A DNA stretch of 63,916 nt from a candidate division WWE3 bacterium RIFCSPHIGHO2_02_FULL_38_14 (GCA_001772865.1 MEVD01000015.1:88252-152167); one strand, 5' to 3'; counted from the first letter of the stretch, positions 28,448 to 38,555 are shown. A program made the numbers and translations. The notes: generated by a model from the sequence alone, not told the origin.

Positions 28448-28949
28448 CGTGCTTTACCCCTTTTAGTTTTTCTATTTCCTTTTTTAGAGAAATCATTTTT
28501 AATTCACGGCCGACCATTATTTTATTTATTTTTTCCAATTCAACAGTTTTTTCTTTGAGTTCTTTGTTAGCATCTCTTAAAGTGTTTGAAGCGTTTTTAA
28601 GAGCATCCAGCATTTTATTTATTTCCATAGATAAAACATATACTTCATCAACACCGGTTGTTCTGACTCTTGAATCAAAATTCTTGTCATTGCGTACTCT
28701 TACTACGTCCGCCAATAGGGATTTAAGAGGCTTAACAATTGTGCTTTCCAAATAAATGCTGAAAAGACCTACAACTATAACTACTAAAAGTGTAAGAAAA
28801 AATACCAAATAATTAGCCAAATATACTTTACCCAGTTCGTTTATTTGAGTTTCAACAATAAGTTTAATAGTAAAGGAAGCCAGGAAAACAGCTATTACAC
28901 TAATCAATAAAATAAATAATGTTATTCTTTTTCTAATGCCAAGTTTCAT
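28437..28949 (-). CDS. Two-TM HAMP-domain protein without kinase core
   Basis: Two TMs, IVKPLKSL...DEVYVLSMEINKM HAMP, C-terminal coiled coil NKIMVGRELKM. Confidence 0.7.
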   Translation of the reverse strand: MKLGIRKRITLFILLISVIAVFLASFTIKLIVETQINELGKVYLANYLVFFLTLLVVIVVGLFSIYLESTIVKPLKSLLADVVRVRNDKNFDSRVRTTGVDEVYVLSMEINKMLDALKNASNTLRDANKELKEKTVELEKINKIMVGRELKMISLKKEIEKLKGVKHDDQ

Positions 28950-28993
28950 TTTACTCTATGGTAATCTTGCCGATAATTATTTGCAATAAATAC

Positions 28994-30433
28994 CTACATT
29001 TTAGTTACAAGCAAAGCGTTAGTTTTTCCAGGATCCCTCCATTTTGAACCGTGCAATATAATAACCGTCTCATTTTCTTTAATAATTCCTTTCTTCTTCA
29101 AATCAACGCTAAGTTCAGCAGGAATAGAAAAGAAACCTTCGGGAAAATCATAATAGAACGAAACAGCACCGTAACTCATAGTTAAGGTATTCACTGTTCC
29201 GGGATTATTACTTAATGCAATTATAGGTATATTCGGTCTAAAACTTGATAATACTCTGGCAGTATAACCTGTTTCCGTAAAAACAATAATTTTATGAATT
29301 TCGTGAAATTTTTCCGTATTCAGAATATTCATTGCTGCGCTTACAATTGATTGGGAAAAATCGGCAGCTTTGATTTTAAAATTTTCCAACCCATGTGCCC
29401 GACCTTCATTGAATTTTAGAATCTTGCTTAATACCTCAACAGATTTTATCGGGTATTTGCCTACTGCTGACTCTCCAGACAACATAACCGCGTCCGTTCC
29501 GTCATATACTGCATTTGCCACATCGGCAGCTTCGGCTCTGGTCGGTCTGGGTTTTTCTATCATCGATTCAAGCATCTGTGTTGCAACTATCACAGGTTTG
29601 CTTTTTAATCGGCATTTTTTAATTATTTCTTTTTGAATGTGAGTAACCTGTTCTAAAGGAACTTCAACTCCCAGGTCGCCTCTGGCAATCATTATTCCGT
29701 CTGAAGCTTCAATTATTTCTTCGATATTTTCTACGCCTTTTTTGCTTTCAATTTTGGAAATTATTTCCGCATTAATAATTCTATTATTCATTTCATATTT
29801 TAATGTGGTGACATCATCCGGGGAATTAACAAAAGACAGTGCTATAAAATCCACTTTATTAAAAACATCGGCATCAAGCTTATCTAAATCTTCCTTAATT
29901 AATGATGGCAGTGTGATTTCAATTCCAATTAAATTTAGTCCTTTTCCATTTTTAATCAATCCTTCATCTTCCGATTCAGCTACAAAGTAATTTTCGCCTG
30001 CATACTCAACCTCAAACTCAAACATACCATCGTCTAAGGCAAATCTGTCTCTCGGTTTTAATGTATCTACGACGATTTTTTGTGAAACTTTTAATATGCC
30101 GGCAGACAGTTCATTCTTTACTGTCTTAACTTCATCAAAATCGCTGCAAAAAACGACTTTTTCGCCGGACTTCACATAAATCTCTTTTTCCCCTAAAGTC
30201 TCTACTCTGACTTCCGGTCCCTGCAAATCAACTAATACACCAACTTTCAGCTTTAGATCATTCGCAGCTTTTTTTACTTTTTTAATTGTTTCAATATGCC
30301 ATTCCTTTTTATTGTGCTTTAAGTTAAATCTGAATATGTTTACTCCGCTCAGAATGAGCTTTTTAATTGTTTCTTCGGATTCCGATGCCGGACCTATAGT
30401 AGCGATAATTTTTGTCATTTTGCCTGAATGCAT
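28994..30433 (-). CDS. pyk: Pyruvate kinase
   Basis: TKIIATIGPAS, DLQGP, ISKIES, MIARGDLG, ATQMLESM, DAVMLSGE. Confidence 0.97.
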   Translation of the reverse strand: MHSGKMTKIIATIGPASESEETIKKLILSGVNIFRFNLKHNKKEWHIETIKKVKKAANDLKLKVGVLVDLQGPEVRVETLGEKEIYVKSGEKVVFCSDFDEVKTVKNELSAGILKVSQKIVVDTLKPRDRFALDDGMFEFEVEYAGENYFVAESEDEGLIKNGKGLNLIGIEITLPSLIKEDLDKLDADVFNKVDFIALSFVNSPDDVTTLKYEMNNRIINAEIISKIESKKGVENIEEIIEASDGIMIARGDLGVEVPLEQVTHIQKEIIKKCRLKSKPVIVATQMLESMIEKPRPTRAEAADVANAVYDGTDAVMLSGESAVGKYPIKSVEVLSKILKFNEGRAHGLENFKIKAADFSQSIVSAAMNILNTEKFHEIHKIIVFTETGYTARVLSSFRPNIPIIALSNNPGTVNTLTMSYGAVSFYYDFPEGFFSIPAELSVDLKKKGIIKENETVIILHGSKWRDPGKTNALLVTKM

Positions 30434-30496
30434 AAAGAAATAATAACATTGTATTGCTTAATTGTTGATTAGCAATTAATATTTATAAATATCTAT

Positions 30497-31021
30497 ATGC
30501 ATAAAAAGGTTTTGATTTCTATTGTAATAATCACTTCTGTAGTAATAGTTTCTCTTTTGATTTCCGACGGTGGTGTAAAAAAACAAAAAGGTGTGAATTC
30601 ATCCGACACAATAAATAAAGAGGAAAATACTGGGAATAGTCCGCCTACTACCATACGGGAGGCAAAACTTATTGCAGGCAATGTATCAAAGTATTACGAA
30701 TTCGAAAAAGAGAGCTATGAAATGGCTTTAAATGAAGGCAAAATTGTATATTTGGAATTTTACGCAAATTGGTGTCCCATCTGTAGAGGTATGGAGCCCG
30801 ATCTGAAAAGCGGTTTTAATGAATTAAATAAAGAAAATGTAGTCGGATTCAGAGTAAATTACAATGATAACGAAACTGATGAATACGAAAAACAGCTCGC
30901 TAAAAATTTCGGCATAACATACCAGCATACCCGGGTGGTAATTAAGAACGGTACAGTTATATTAACCGATAACACTTCCTGGAATAAAGATAGATTTATC
31001 AAAGAGTTGTCTGTTTTATGA
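30497..31021 (+). CDS. Membrane-anchored thioredoxin-like protein
   Basis: EFYANWCPIC; N-terminal TM. Confidence 0.85.
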   Translation: MHKKVLISIVIITSVVIVSLLISDGGVKKQKGVNSSDTINKEENTGNSPPTTIREAKLIAGNVSKYYEFEKESYEMALNEGKIVYLEFYANWCPICRGMEPDLKSGFNELNKENVVGFRVNYNDNETDEYEKQLAKNFGITYQHTRVVIKNGTVILTDNTSWNKDRFIKELSVL

Positions 31022-32685
31022 TTTTATTAATACTATTTGCATTTGTTTCCGGCGTCATAACCATTTTGGCTCCGTGCATTTGGCCGATACTTCCTTTGAT
31101 ATTTGTAACCTCCGGAGGCACTCGTAAAAAATCAACGGGAGTAGCTTTGGGAATTGTTACCAGCTTTGCATTTTTTACTTTACTTGTCTCATACATTGCA
31201 AGAATAATCCCGATTGATCCTGATAATTTTAGAATAGCCGCGGTTACTATTTTAATTATAATGGGACTGACACTGGCAATTCCCAAATTAAACGCAATTT
31301 TCGAATCATATATAAGCAGGTTTATAAATAAAATTAATATAAATCCGAATTCATCTAATACTGCTGTCTTTGGAAAAGGGTACTTAACCGGGTTAGCTCT
31401 CGGCGCAGTCTGGTCGCCCTGCGCGGGGCCGATTTTGGCAACTATCGCTGTGCTGGCTTCAACCCAGCAGATTAACTTTCAAATACTAATAATCATTCTA
31501 TTTTACGCAGCCGGGTTATTTGTCCCGCTCTTTTTATTTTCTATTCTGGGAAATAAAATAGTAAACAAAGCCCGCACTTATTCAAAATATACTTCAACTA
31601 TACAAAGGATATTCGGAATATTAGTTATATTATTCGCTCTAGGTATCGCAACAAACTATGATAAAGTGATCCAGGCAAAACTGCTTGACCTGATTCCGTC
31701 TTATTCGGAATTTCTGTATAAATTGGAACAAAACCCAAATATTCAACAAGAACTCGATAAACTTCAAAACAGAGAAACTTCGGAAAGTTACGGAGCGGCA
31801 CCTGAATTAACGGGTATTTCAAACTGGCTGAATACTGAAAACCCTTTAACCCTTAACGCGCTTAAAGGAAAAGTGGTTCTAATAGACTTCTGGACATACA
31901 CCTGCATCAACTGCATTAGAACTCTCCCCCATGTTACAAATTGGTACGAAAAATATAAGGATAAAGGACTCGTAGTTATAGGGGTCCACACCCCCGAGTT
32001 TGAGTTTGAGAAAAAAACGGAAAATGTTTTAAACGCAATAAAAATGTTCAACATAAATTATCCGGTAGCTCAGGATAATGATTATTTAACCTGGAGGGCT
32101 TATAAAAACAGGTATTGGCCGGCCCATTACCTAATAGATTCAAATGGTGTTATTAGAATGGTTCACTTTGGAGAAGGAAAATACAAAGAAACAGAAGCCG
32201 CAATTCAGGAACTGTTAAAAGAGTCCGGAATGGGAATTTCCGAAGAATTATCCGGACTAAAAGATGAAACCCCGACCAATTTACAGACTCCCGAAATATA
32301 TCTTGGCTTGGACAGGCTTGAAGCAATGGAATCCAACGAAAAAGCTGCACCCGGAATTAATACATATACAATAAACAAAACACCAAATCTTCATAAATTC
32401 TCCTTAGTTGGTATGTGGAATATGAACGGCGAATATTCAGAGGCATCTGAAAATTCCGAATTAATACTTAATTTCCTGTCCAGTAAAGTGTTTTTAGTTA
32501 TTTCACCGGCAAATCCCGGTGATAAAGTAATCACCTTTTTAGATGATAAACCTTACGGTGAAATAACATTAGATATGGAAAGACTCTATAAATTAGTGGA
32601 CCTACAAAATAATTGGGGAATACACACTCTTAGATTACAATTTAAAAGCAGTGGTATAAAGGTATTTGCATTCACCTTTGAGTAA
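31018..32685 (+). CDS. dipZ: DipZ-like protein (CcdA membrane domain + TlpA/redoxin domain)
   Basis: LAPCIWPILP and WSPCAGP CcdA cysteines; DFWTYTCINC; HTPEF; YWPAHY; TPEIYLG. Confidence 0.85.
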   Translation: MILLILFAFVSGVITILAPCIWPILPLIFVTSGGTRKKSTGVALGIVTSFAFFTLLVSYIARIIPIDPDNFRIAAVTILIIMGLTLAIPKLNAIFESYISRFINKININPNSSNTAVFGKGYLTGLALGAVWSPCAGPILATIAVLASTQQINFQILIIILFYAAGLFVPLFLFSILGNKIVNKARTYSKYTSTIQRIFGILVILFALGIATNYDKVIQAKLLDLIPSYSEFLYKLEQNPNIQQELDKLQNRETSESYGAAPELTGISNWLNTENPLTLNALKGKVVLIDFWTYTCINCIRTLPHVTNWYEKYKDKGLVVIGVHTPEFEFEKKTENVLNAIKMFNINYPVAQDNDYLTWRAYKNRYWPAHYLIDSNGVIRMVHFGEGKYKETEAAIQELLKESGMGISEELSGLKDETPTNLQTPEIYLGLDRLEAMESNEKAAPGINTYTINKTPNLHKFSLVGMWNMNGEYSEASENSELILNFLSSKVFLVISPANPGDKVITFLDDKPYGEITLDMERLYKLVDLQNNWGIHTLRLQFKSSGIKVFAFTFE

Positions 32686-32705
32686 AAGTACAATATTTAA
32701 AATAT

Positions 32706-33176
32706 ATGGGTTTATCAGATAAACAAGGGAAGACTCGGATTAAAATTAAAAGAGCTACTATCAAAGACCTTAAAGAAGTAACCGACTTATTCGTAGAATT
32801 CGGGGAATTTAATTTAAAATACGGCGGCGAGGGTTTGGGTAAAGATTTTATTGAAGACTTAAAAGATGAGGCTAAAGAGTTACTCGAAAACAAAAAACAA
32901 TACATATATTTATTAATAGAAAAAAATATCGTCTGCGGTTTTTTGCACTTTTTTATTTGTAAACTCGGTGATTATATTATGCTGGAAGATATGTTTATTT
33001 ATGACTCATATAGGAATAACGGGTACGGGAAACTGCTTTTGGCCATTATAGATACATTCAGCAAAAAATATGACATGCCGGTTAAAGTTGAAGTATTTAA
33101 CTGGAATAAAAATGCCATAAATTTTTACTTTAAAAATAATTTCAAAGAAGATTCCACTGTACTTATTAAAGAATGA
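32706..33176 (+). CDS. GNAT-family N-acetyltransferase
   Basis: YRNNGYGKLLL acetyl-CoA motif; NKNAINFYFK. Confidence 0.8.
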   Translation: MGLSDKQGKTRIKIKRATIKDLKEVTDLFVEFGEFNLKYGGEGLGKDFIEDLKDEAKELLENKKQYIYLLIEKNIVCGFLHFFICKLGDYIMLEDMFIYDSYRNNGYGKLLLAIIDTFSKKYDMPVKVEVFNWNKNAINFYFKNNFKEDSTVLIKE

Positions 33177-33658
33177 ATTCACCGCAAATAATCCCTTATC
33201 TCGGAAAAGACTACCAGGCAATTTTCATTGATAATTCAGAGCAAATTATTAATTTCGACAATAAAAACTTTTATTTTAATAAAAACCACTATCACAAATT
33301 AGACGACTATTTAAACAATTGGTATTTCAGAAGAGCAAACGAAATAATTATTCCACGAGTGATGAGTTTTGCTAATAAGTACACATTTAAAATTAAAAAT
33401 GTGAGACTAAAAAATACCAAAAGCAGATGGGGTTCATGTTCATTTACAAACAACATTAATATAAACTGGCATCTTATAAAGGCTCCGGAAACAGTAATTG
33501 ATTATGTAATTATTCACGAGCTGGTACATACTGATGTAAAAGGGCACTCAAGAATATTTTGGAGAAACGTAGAAAGCTACATTCCGGAATACAAACAATA
33601 TGAAAACTGGTTGAAAGAAAATTCTAATAACATTTTATCGGTTAGATTGACAAATTAG
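33173..33658 (+). CDS. YgjP/DUF45-like M48 metallopeptidase, short form
   Basis: SRWGSCS, DYVIIHELVH, HSRIFW. Confidence 0.8.
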   Translation: MNSPQIIPYLGKDYQAIFIDNSEQIINFDNKNFYFNKNHYHKLDDYLNNWYFRRANEIIIPRVMSFANKYTFKIKNVRLKNTKSRWGSCSFTNNININWHLIKAPETVIDYVIIHELVHTDVKGHSRIFWRNVESYIPEYKQYENWLKENSNNILSVRLTN

Positions 33659-33682
33659 CTATTAGTAATAAAATTTAATCAG

Positions 33683-35539
33683 ATGAGACCAAAATACCTT
33701 ATTCCTTTTATATTTACGGTTCTTCTGGCATTTCATTCTAAATATTCACAAGCATTAATGATTTTCGGACCTGCTACTTTTACCCAACAAAAAGCAGTCA
33801 TTTCATATGATGAAACTTCAAAAACGGAAACATTGGTAATATCTCCAAGTTTTAAAGAACTGGCGCCAAAAACCGGATTGGGATACTGGAAATTTGACGA
33901 AGGGTCTGGTACCACCATAAATGACACTTTAGGAGTTAACAAAGGATTTCTAATTGGAAATGTGAGGTGGCAGGACCCTTCCACATGCAAAAACGGAGCT
34001 TGTCTTAGTTTTAATAATACCAACGAATATGTAAGTATACCTATTAATTCTTTAAATCTTCCGCCGGCATTAACACAGTTAACACTTTCGGTTTGGGTCA
34101 ACCCTTCTAATCTTACCCAGCCTTCCGGAGCCGGTATTATTGCCAAAGGTAACGGTGGGGGGAATGAATCTTTTGCATTAGATATTTTAAATAACGACCA
34201 ACTAAGATTTTTTACCTGGAGCAGCGGTCGTTTAAACTCATGCGTTGTATATGATTGGCTTGCTTCACATACCGATAAATGGACCAACATATTGGTAACA
34301 TATGACGGATTATCAGGCACGGCAACTATTTATGAAAATGCAAAGCAGACTCAAAAATGCGAGGGATTTCCGACCAATTTATCAACTAATTCACATGTAT
34401 TAAGTATTGGATCAAGGCAAAGCTCCTATTCAATCTATGATTTATATTTTGACGGTCTGATTGATGACGTAAGACTTTACAATTACGTAGTTGATGAAAA
34501 TAAAATCAGTGATATTTATAATCTTCTGCCGGAAACAGGAATATCCGATTCTAAGCAAAAATATTACGGCTTTATGATTCCGGTTCCGTCAAAACCCGAA
34601 GTCGAAGTGATTAAAGACGAATTATTTACATCGTTAGACGACTTAACAAGACCATCGCCGGGAATCCCTATTCCACTCATGGGTGGGGCTGTAAGAGAAA
34701 TAGGATTAGACATGCAGAATGGCGGTCAACCGAAAGTTTCGGTAATTCAAACCAAGAAAGCTGATATTTATGATTTAGCTGTACTGGAATCAAACGATGA
34801 GGAGGCTTTGTCAAACTGGCTGAAAGAAAATAATTATTTTCTACCTAAAAATTCCGAATTTGTTCTCAAAGAGTATATTGAAAAAAGGTATTATTTCGTA
34901 GTTGCAAAGGTAAATCCGGACAGCATAAGTCCTTTTGTAGCCGGACAAATACGTGAAGGCCATTTAAATCCTATTAAAATGACTTTTACAACAGACCAGC
35001 CAGTTTATCCTATAAAACTAGCCGGTGCTTCAATGGCTACCGTATCTTCTAAATCTGATATAAACTATATTGATTCCGGAGTTGTATCTCCCGATAGGGT
35101 AGAAATCCCTCCAAGATCATATGAACCTCAACCAGTCAACCCGGCTCCTGATTATTACAAACCGACATATTCTTCCACGCCTGTGGTAATTTATACTATC
35201 TCTCAGGACAAACAGTACTTGCCGGGATTTAACACCGAATACGCAGGGGTTGTAGCCGAAAGAAAAATTGAAAACCTCGCCACCAATTCAGCGGATAAAC
35301 CATGGATAGACGTAAAAGGTCAAAGATATTTAACAAAGCTCAGCAAGTATATGACTCCGTATGAAATGAACAATGATTTAGTATTGAGAAAAGCCGATGA
35401 CAACGAACCGGTAGGAAGCGGAGAAGGAAGCCTGAATGCTAAAACAAAATTATTGCTTATTGTTTTAACACCTATTGCCTTAGAACTATTAGTTTTTGCT
35501 TATTATTTAAAAAAAAGGAGGTCAAATGCTAGAGGTTGA
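33683..35539 (+). CDS. DUF2330-like exported protein interrupted by a LamG/concanavalin-like domain, with C-terminal TM
   Basis: DUF2330-like motifs (KAVISYD..ETLVI; FMIPVPSKPEV; YDLAVL; WLKENNY; PVYP) flank a LamG block (GYWKFDEGSG...GLIDDVRLYN). Confidence 0.7.
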   Translation: MRPKYLIPFIFTVLLAFHSKYSQALMIFGPATFTQQKAVISYDETSKTETLVISPSFKELAPKTGLGYWKFDEGSGTTINDTLGVNKGFLIGNVRWQDPSTCKNGACLSFNNTNEYVSIPINSLNLPPALTQLTLSVWVNPSNLTQPSGAGIIAKGNGGGNESFALDILNNDQLRFFTWSSGRLNSCVVYDWLASHTDKWTNILVTYDGLSGTATIYENAKQTQKCEGFPTNLSTNSHVLSIGSRQSSYSIYDLYFDGLIDDVRLYNYVVDENKISDIYNLLPETGISDSKQKYYGFMIPVPSKPEVEVIKDELFTSLDDLTRPSPGIPIPLMGGAVREIGLDMQNGGQPKVSVIQTKKADIYDLAVLESNDEEALSNWLKENNYFLPKNSEFVLKEYIEKRYYFVVAKVNPDSISPFVAGQIREGHLNPIKMTFTTDQPVYPIKLAGASMATVSSKSDINYIDSGVVSPDRVEIPPRSYEPQPVNPAPDYYKPTYSSTPVVIYTISQDKQYLPGFNTEYAGVVAERKIENLATNSADKPWIDVKGQRYLTKLSKYMTPYEMNNDLVLRKADDNEPVGSGEGSLNAKTKLLLIVLTPIALELLVFAYYLKKRRSNARG

Positions 35540-36218
35540 AGATTCTACCTCTGCATTTTTTAACCCTATGACGGACTATTACGGATTTTTCAGTATTTTA
35601 GGTTTTTTGATTCCTCTGGCGGGACTGGCCGGAATTATAGGAATAATCTATATAATTATAAAGTCAATAATTTCAGGCGGGGGAACTTCGGCAAAAATGG
35701 AAGCGGCTAAAAAAGGATACTATTATTTGATTTCGCTCATAACTTTGGGAATTTTATATGTGACTTCCTCTGACATAATAAGAGTGGTGTTGGATTACAT
35801 TTCTCCTACAAACCTAACCATAAACAGATCCCAATCATATGGTTCTTACGGATATGGCACTTATGATTATGAAAATTTTGTACGCAGCCTGGTCTTGAGA
35901 GTATCGGTACTATTATTTGTATTTCCTTTATTCCTATTCCACTGGTTGTCAGCTAATAAAAAACCGAAAGAGGTAGACGAAGAAACTCTCTTATACATCA
36001 AAAAAGAGAAAAAAAGCTATCTGCATATCGTACTGACCGTGTCATCTTTGATTTTAATGGTTACAGGTCCGATCCTTTTGTATAACGTCTTTATTCTGGT
36101 GTTGGGAGTTGGAAAAACCACCTTAAAGGATTTTACCTTCCCTCTTTCTTATTTTGTAGTAATTATCGGAGTTTGGATATACCACTTTGCCCAGCTGAAA
36201 TCGGTTGAAGAGTCGTAA
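35526..36218 (+). CDS. Membrane protein, DUF5671-like
   Basis: About 5 TMs; YYYLISLITL and FLFHW pattern repeated twice. Confidence 0.5.
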   Translation: MLEVEDSTSAFFNPMTDYYGFFSILGFLIPLAGLAGIIGIIYIIIKSIISGGGTSAKMEAAKKGYYYLISLITLGILYVTSSDIIRVVLDYISPTNLTINRSQSYGSYGYGTYDYENFVRSLVLRVSVLLFVFPLFLFHWLSANKKPKEVDEETLLYIKKEKKSYLHIVLTVSSLILMVTGPILLYNVFILVLGVGKTTLKDFTFPLSYFVVIIGVWIYHFAQLKSVEES

Positions 36219-36280
36219 AACTGTTAATATTATAATAGTATATCTAGTTTAGTAAATTCGGTAATCCTGATATTATTTAA

Positions 36281-37204
36281 ATGACAAATAAGTTGGGTTG
36301 GAACCAACCCTTATATATTCTTCCTTTTGATCATAGAAATACCTTTTCTAAGGAACTGTTTTCAACAGACGGCACACTAAACAGAGATCAAATCGAAATT
36401 ATCAAACATGCCAAACAATTAATCTACGAAGCTTTTTTATTGTGTATTGAGAGAGAAACACCTAAAGAATATGCGGCAGTTTTGGTAGACGAGCAATACG
36501 GAAATGAAATATTGCTAAATGCAAAATCAAGAGGACTAACCTTTTGTATAAATGTAGAAAGGAGTGGGCAACACGAACTCGATTTTGAATATGGAGATGA
36601 ATATGCCTCACACATAAAAAAATACGATCCCACATTCTGCAAAGTCCTGGTTAGATATAATCCTGACTCGGATACCGAATTGAATAAAAGGCAACTGCAA
36701 AAGCTGGCAGTTTTAAACGAATTCTGCAAAGTAAATAAGTACAAGTATTTAGTTGAAGTATTAATTCCACCTACAGATAAACAATTTTCAGAAGCTGAAA
36801 ATATTTTAGCAAAATACGAAACCGAAATCCGCCCGGAACTGACTGTTAAAACAATAAAGAAAATGCAGGAAAATAATGTTGAACCCGACGTCTGGAAAAT
36901 TGAAGGGTTTTTCACCAAGCAGGACTATTTAAATGTTGTGAAACAGGCAAGAAAAGAAAAAAGAAAAAATGTCGGAGTTATAATTCTAGGCAAAGGCGAC
37001 AGCAAAGAACATGTAGAAAAGTGGATAACCGAAGGGGCACAGGTTGACGGGGTTATCGGCTTTGCGGTGGGAAGGACTGTTTTCCTTGAACCATTAAAAG
37101 AATTTATTAAAGATAAAATCAGTAAAGAAGCTTGTGTTGAAAAAATACACGATAACTTTATTTATTACTATAAGTTGTTTGAATCTTCAAAGAAATCCGT
37201 TTAA
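36281..37204 (+). CDS. DUF2090 (IolC C-terminal/LacD-like class I aldolase) protein
   Basis: LPFDHR, KVLVRYNP, PDVWKIEG Schiff-base Lys, GFAVGRTVF. Confidence 0.85.
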   Translation: MTNKLGWNQPLYILPFDHRNTFSKELFSTDGTLNRDQIEIIKHAKQLIYEAFLLCIERETPKEYAAVLVDEQYGNEILLNAKSRGLTFCINVERSGQHELDFEYGDEYASHIKKYDPTFCKVLVRYNPDSDTELNKRQLQKLAVLNEFCKVNKYKYLVEVLIPPTDKQFSEAENILAKYETEIRPELTVKTIKKMQENNVEPDVWKIEGFFTKQDYLNVVKQARKEKRKNVGVIILGKGDSKEHVEKWITEGAQVDGVIGFAVGRTVFLEPLKEFIKDKISKEACVEKIHDNFIYYYKLFESSKKSV

Positions 37205-37206
37205 GG

Positions 37207-37734
37207 TTATATTCTACTTATAATATTTTTCTCAAATGAAGTTTTCAGATTCCTGTTATAGAAATAAAAGGCAGTTATAAAAGCAGTTGAAGCCAGCAGT
37301 ATACCAATTATCTGGTTTGAACCCGTAGTAGGGGCAGAAGTAGTTGATTGAGTAGCCGAACCACCTGTGCCGCCGAGATTTTCAGGAAGATTCTGCCCGA
37401 CATGAAGTTTGAAACTATATGAACCTCCTTCATCTGTTGTAATGGCAACATTTCTATCCCCGTTTGTTAGATTAGTGGGAGTAACAGACCAATTTCCGGA
37501 CGCACCAGAATCAAAAACATAACTTTTATCATCAACTTTCACCGTTACTTCCACATCCGGATCAGCTTTACCGGATAATGCGGGATTCTCCCCAGTGTAC
37601 CACCATTCAGAATACATTTTACCTCCGGTGCTCAATGCACCTATTTTTTCCAGTGTCAAAACAGCAGCAAAAGAATATTCAGCCGATAATAATAATAGTA
37701 GTAACGAAAGAACGAAAAGGCAGACCTTCTTCAT
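37207..37734 (-). CDS. Exported Ig-like domain protein with LPxTG-like C-terminal sorting signal
   Basis: Signal peptide; Big-like domain (LSGKADP...GNWSVTP..L.NG); G/S/T linker; APTTG then hydrophobic segment then RNLK. Confidence 0.5.
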   Translation of the reverse strand: MKKVCLFVLSLLLLLLSAEYSFAAVLTLEKIGALSTGGKMYSEWWYTGENPALSGKADPDVEVTVKVDDKSYVFDSGASGNWSVTPTNLTNGDRNVAITTDEGGSYSFKLHVGQNLPENLGGTGGSATQSTTSAPTTGSNQIIGILLASTAFITAFYFYNRNLKTSFEKNIISRI

Positions 37735-37892
37735 ATATTTAAATAATACCTCTTATTTATAGCGGAATTCAAGTGTTTTTTTATACTTTAGAAAGTGAGT
37801 TTTCCTTATCAAAAACCTGTTTTTTTAAGGTTTTTCAAATTTGCCCTTATAATAAACCTATAGTACAATGACCGGTATGCCCACTAAAACAT

Positions 37893-38552
37893 ATGAATAT
37901 AGCCTTACTTTTAACCGCATTTATAATAAGTGCATCCTACTCAGCAGATCCGGGAGAACTCATCACGGAGGCATCCGGCTTTATTTTAAAGTCTGACAAA
38001 ACAGTGCTTTTAAATGTTCCCTACATTCATCAAATAGAAGACCTTACTGAAGAAACCAAAAGTGCAATTAGAAATACCGCTTGCGGCCCTGCTTCTGTAA
38101 CTATGGCTTTAAAACATTTAAACGACAATAAAACTTTGAATGAAGTTATAGAAAAATTACCGAATACTGTTTATGTAAAAGGAGACAGATTCTATAATTT
38201 ATACGACGCGTCCAATTACTTTAATAAAAGTACAAACAAATTCAAAAACAGCTATGAAAATATCTATACAGTTCTAAATAAGGGTCATCCGGTTATACTT
38301 AATATTCAAAATTACGATGATATAACCGGACATGCATTAGTAATAGTAGGTATAACTAATTATGAAAACGGAAAAGCAAAGTCTTTAATTGCTCATGATC
38401 CATATAGAGGCCCTTATAGAGAATTTGTATATATTGACGAAAATACGCTTTTGCAGCCGGAGGGCAACACAAATTATATAGGAATACTGGATCCTTTTTA
38501 CATCACTGAAAAATATAGTAGCGAAAACCTGCACTTGGCATTTAAAAAATAG
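37893..38552 (+). CDS. C39-like peptidase family protein
   Basis: NVPYIHQ, ACGPAS, GHALVIVG, AHDPY. Confidence 0.75.
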   Translation: MNIALLLTAFIISASYSADPGELITEASGFILKSDKTVLLNVPYIHQIEDLTEETKSAIRNTACGPASVTMALKHLNDNKTLNEVIEKLPNTVYVKGDRFYNLYDASNYFNKSTNKFKNSYENIYTVLNKGHPVILNIQNYDDITGHALVIVGITNYENGKAKSLIAHDPYRGPYREFVYIDENTLLQPEGNTNYIGILDPFYITEKYSSENLHLAFKK

Positions 38553-38555
38553 CTT

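Noticed and set aside
33733-34320. 195-aa minus-strand ORF
   Set aside because: Fully overlaps the LamG domain, which has clear family motifs on the + strand.
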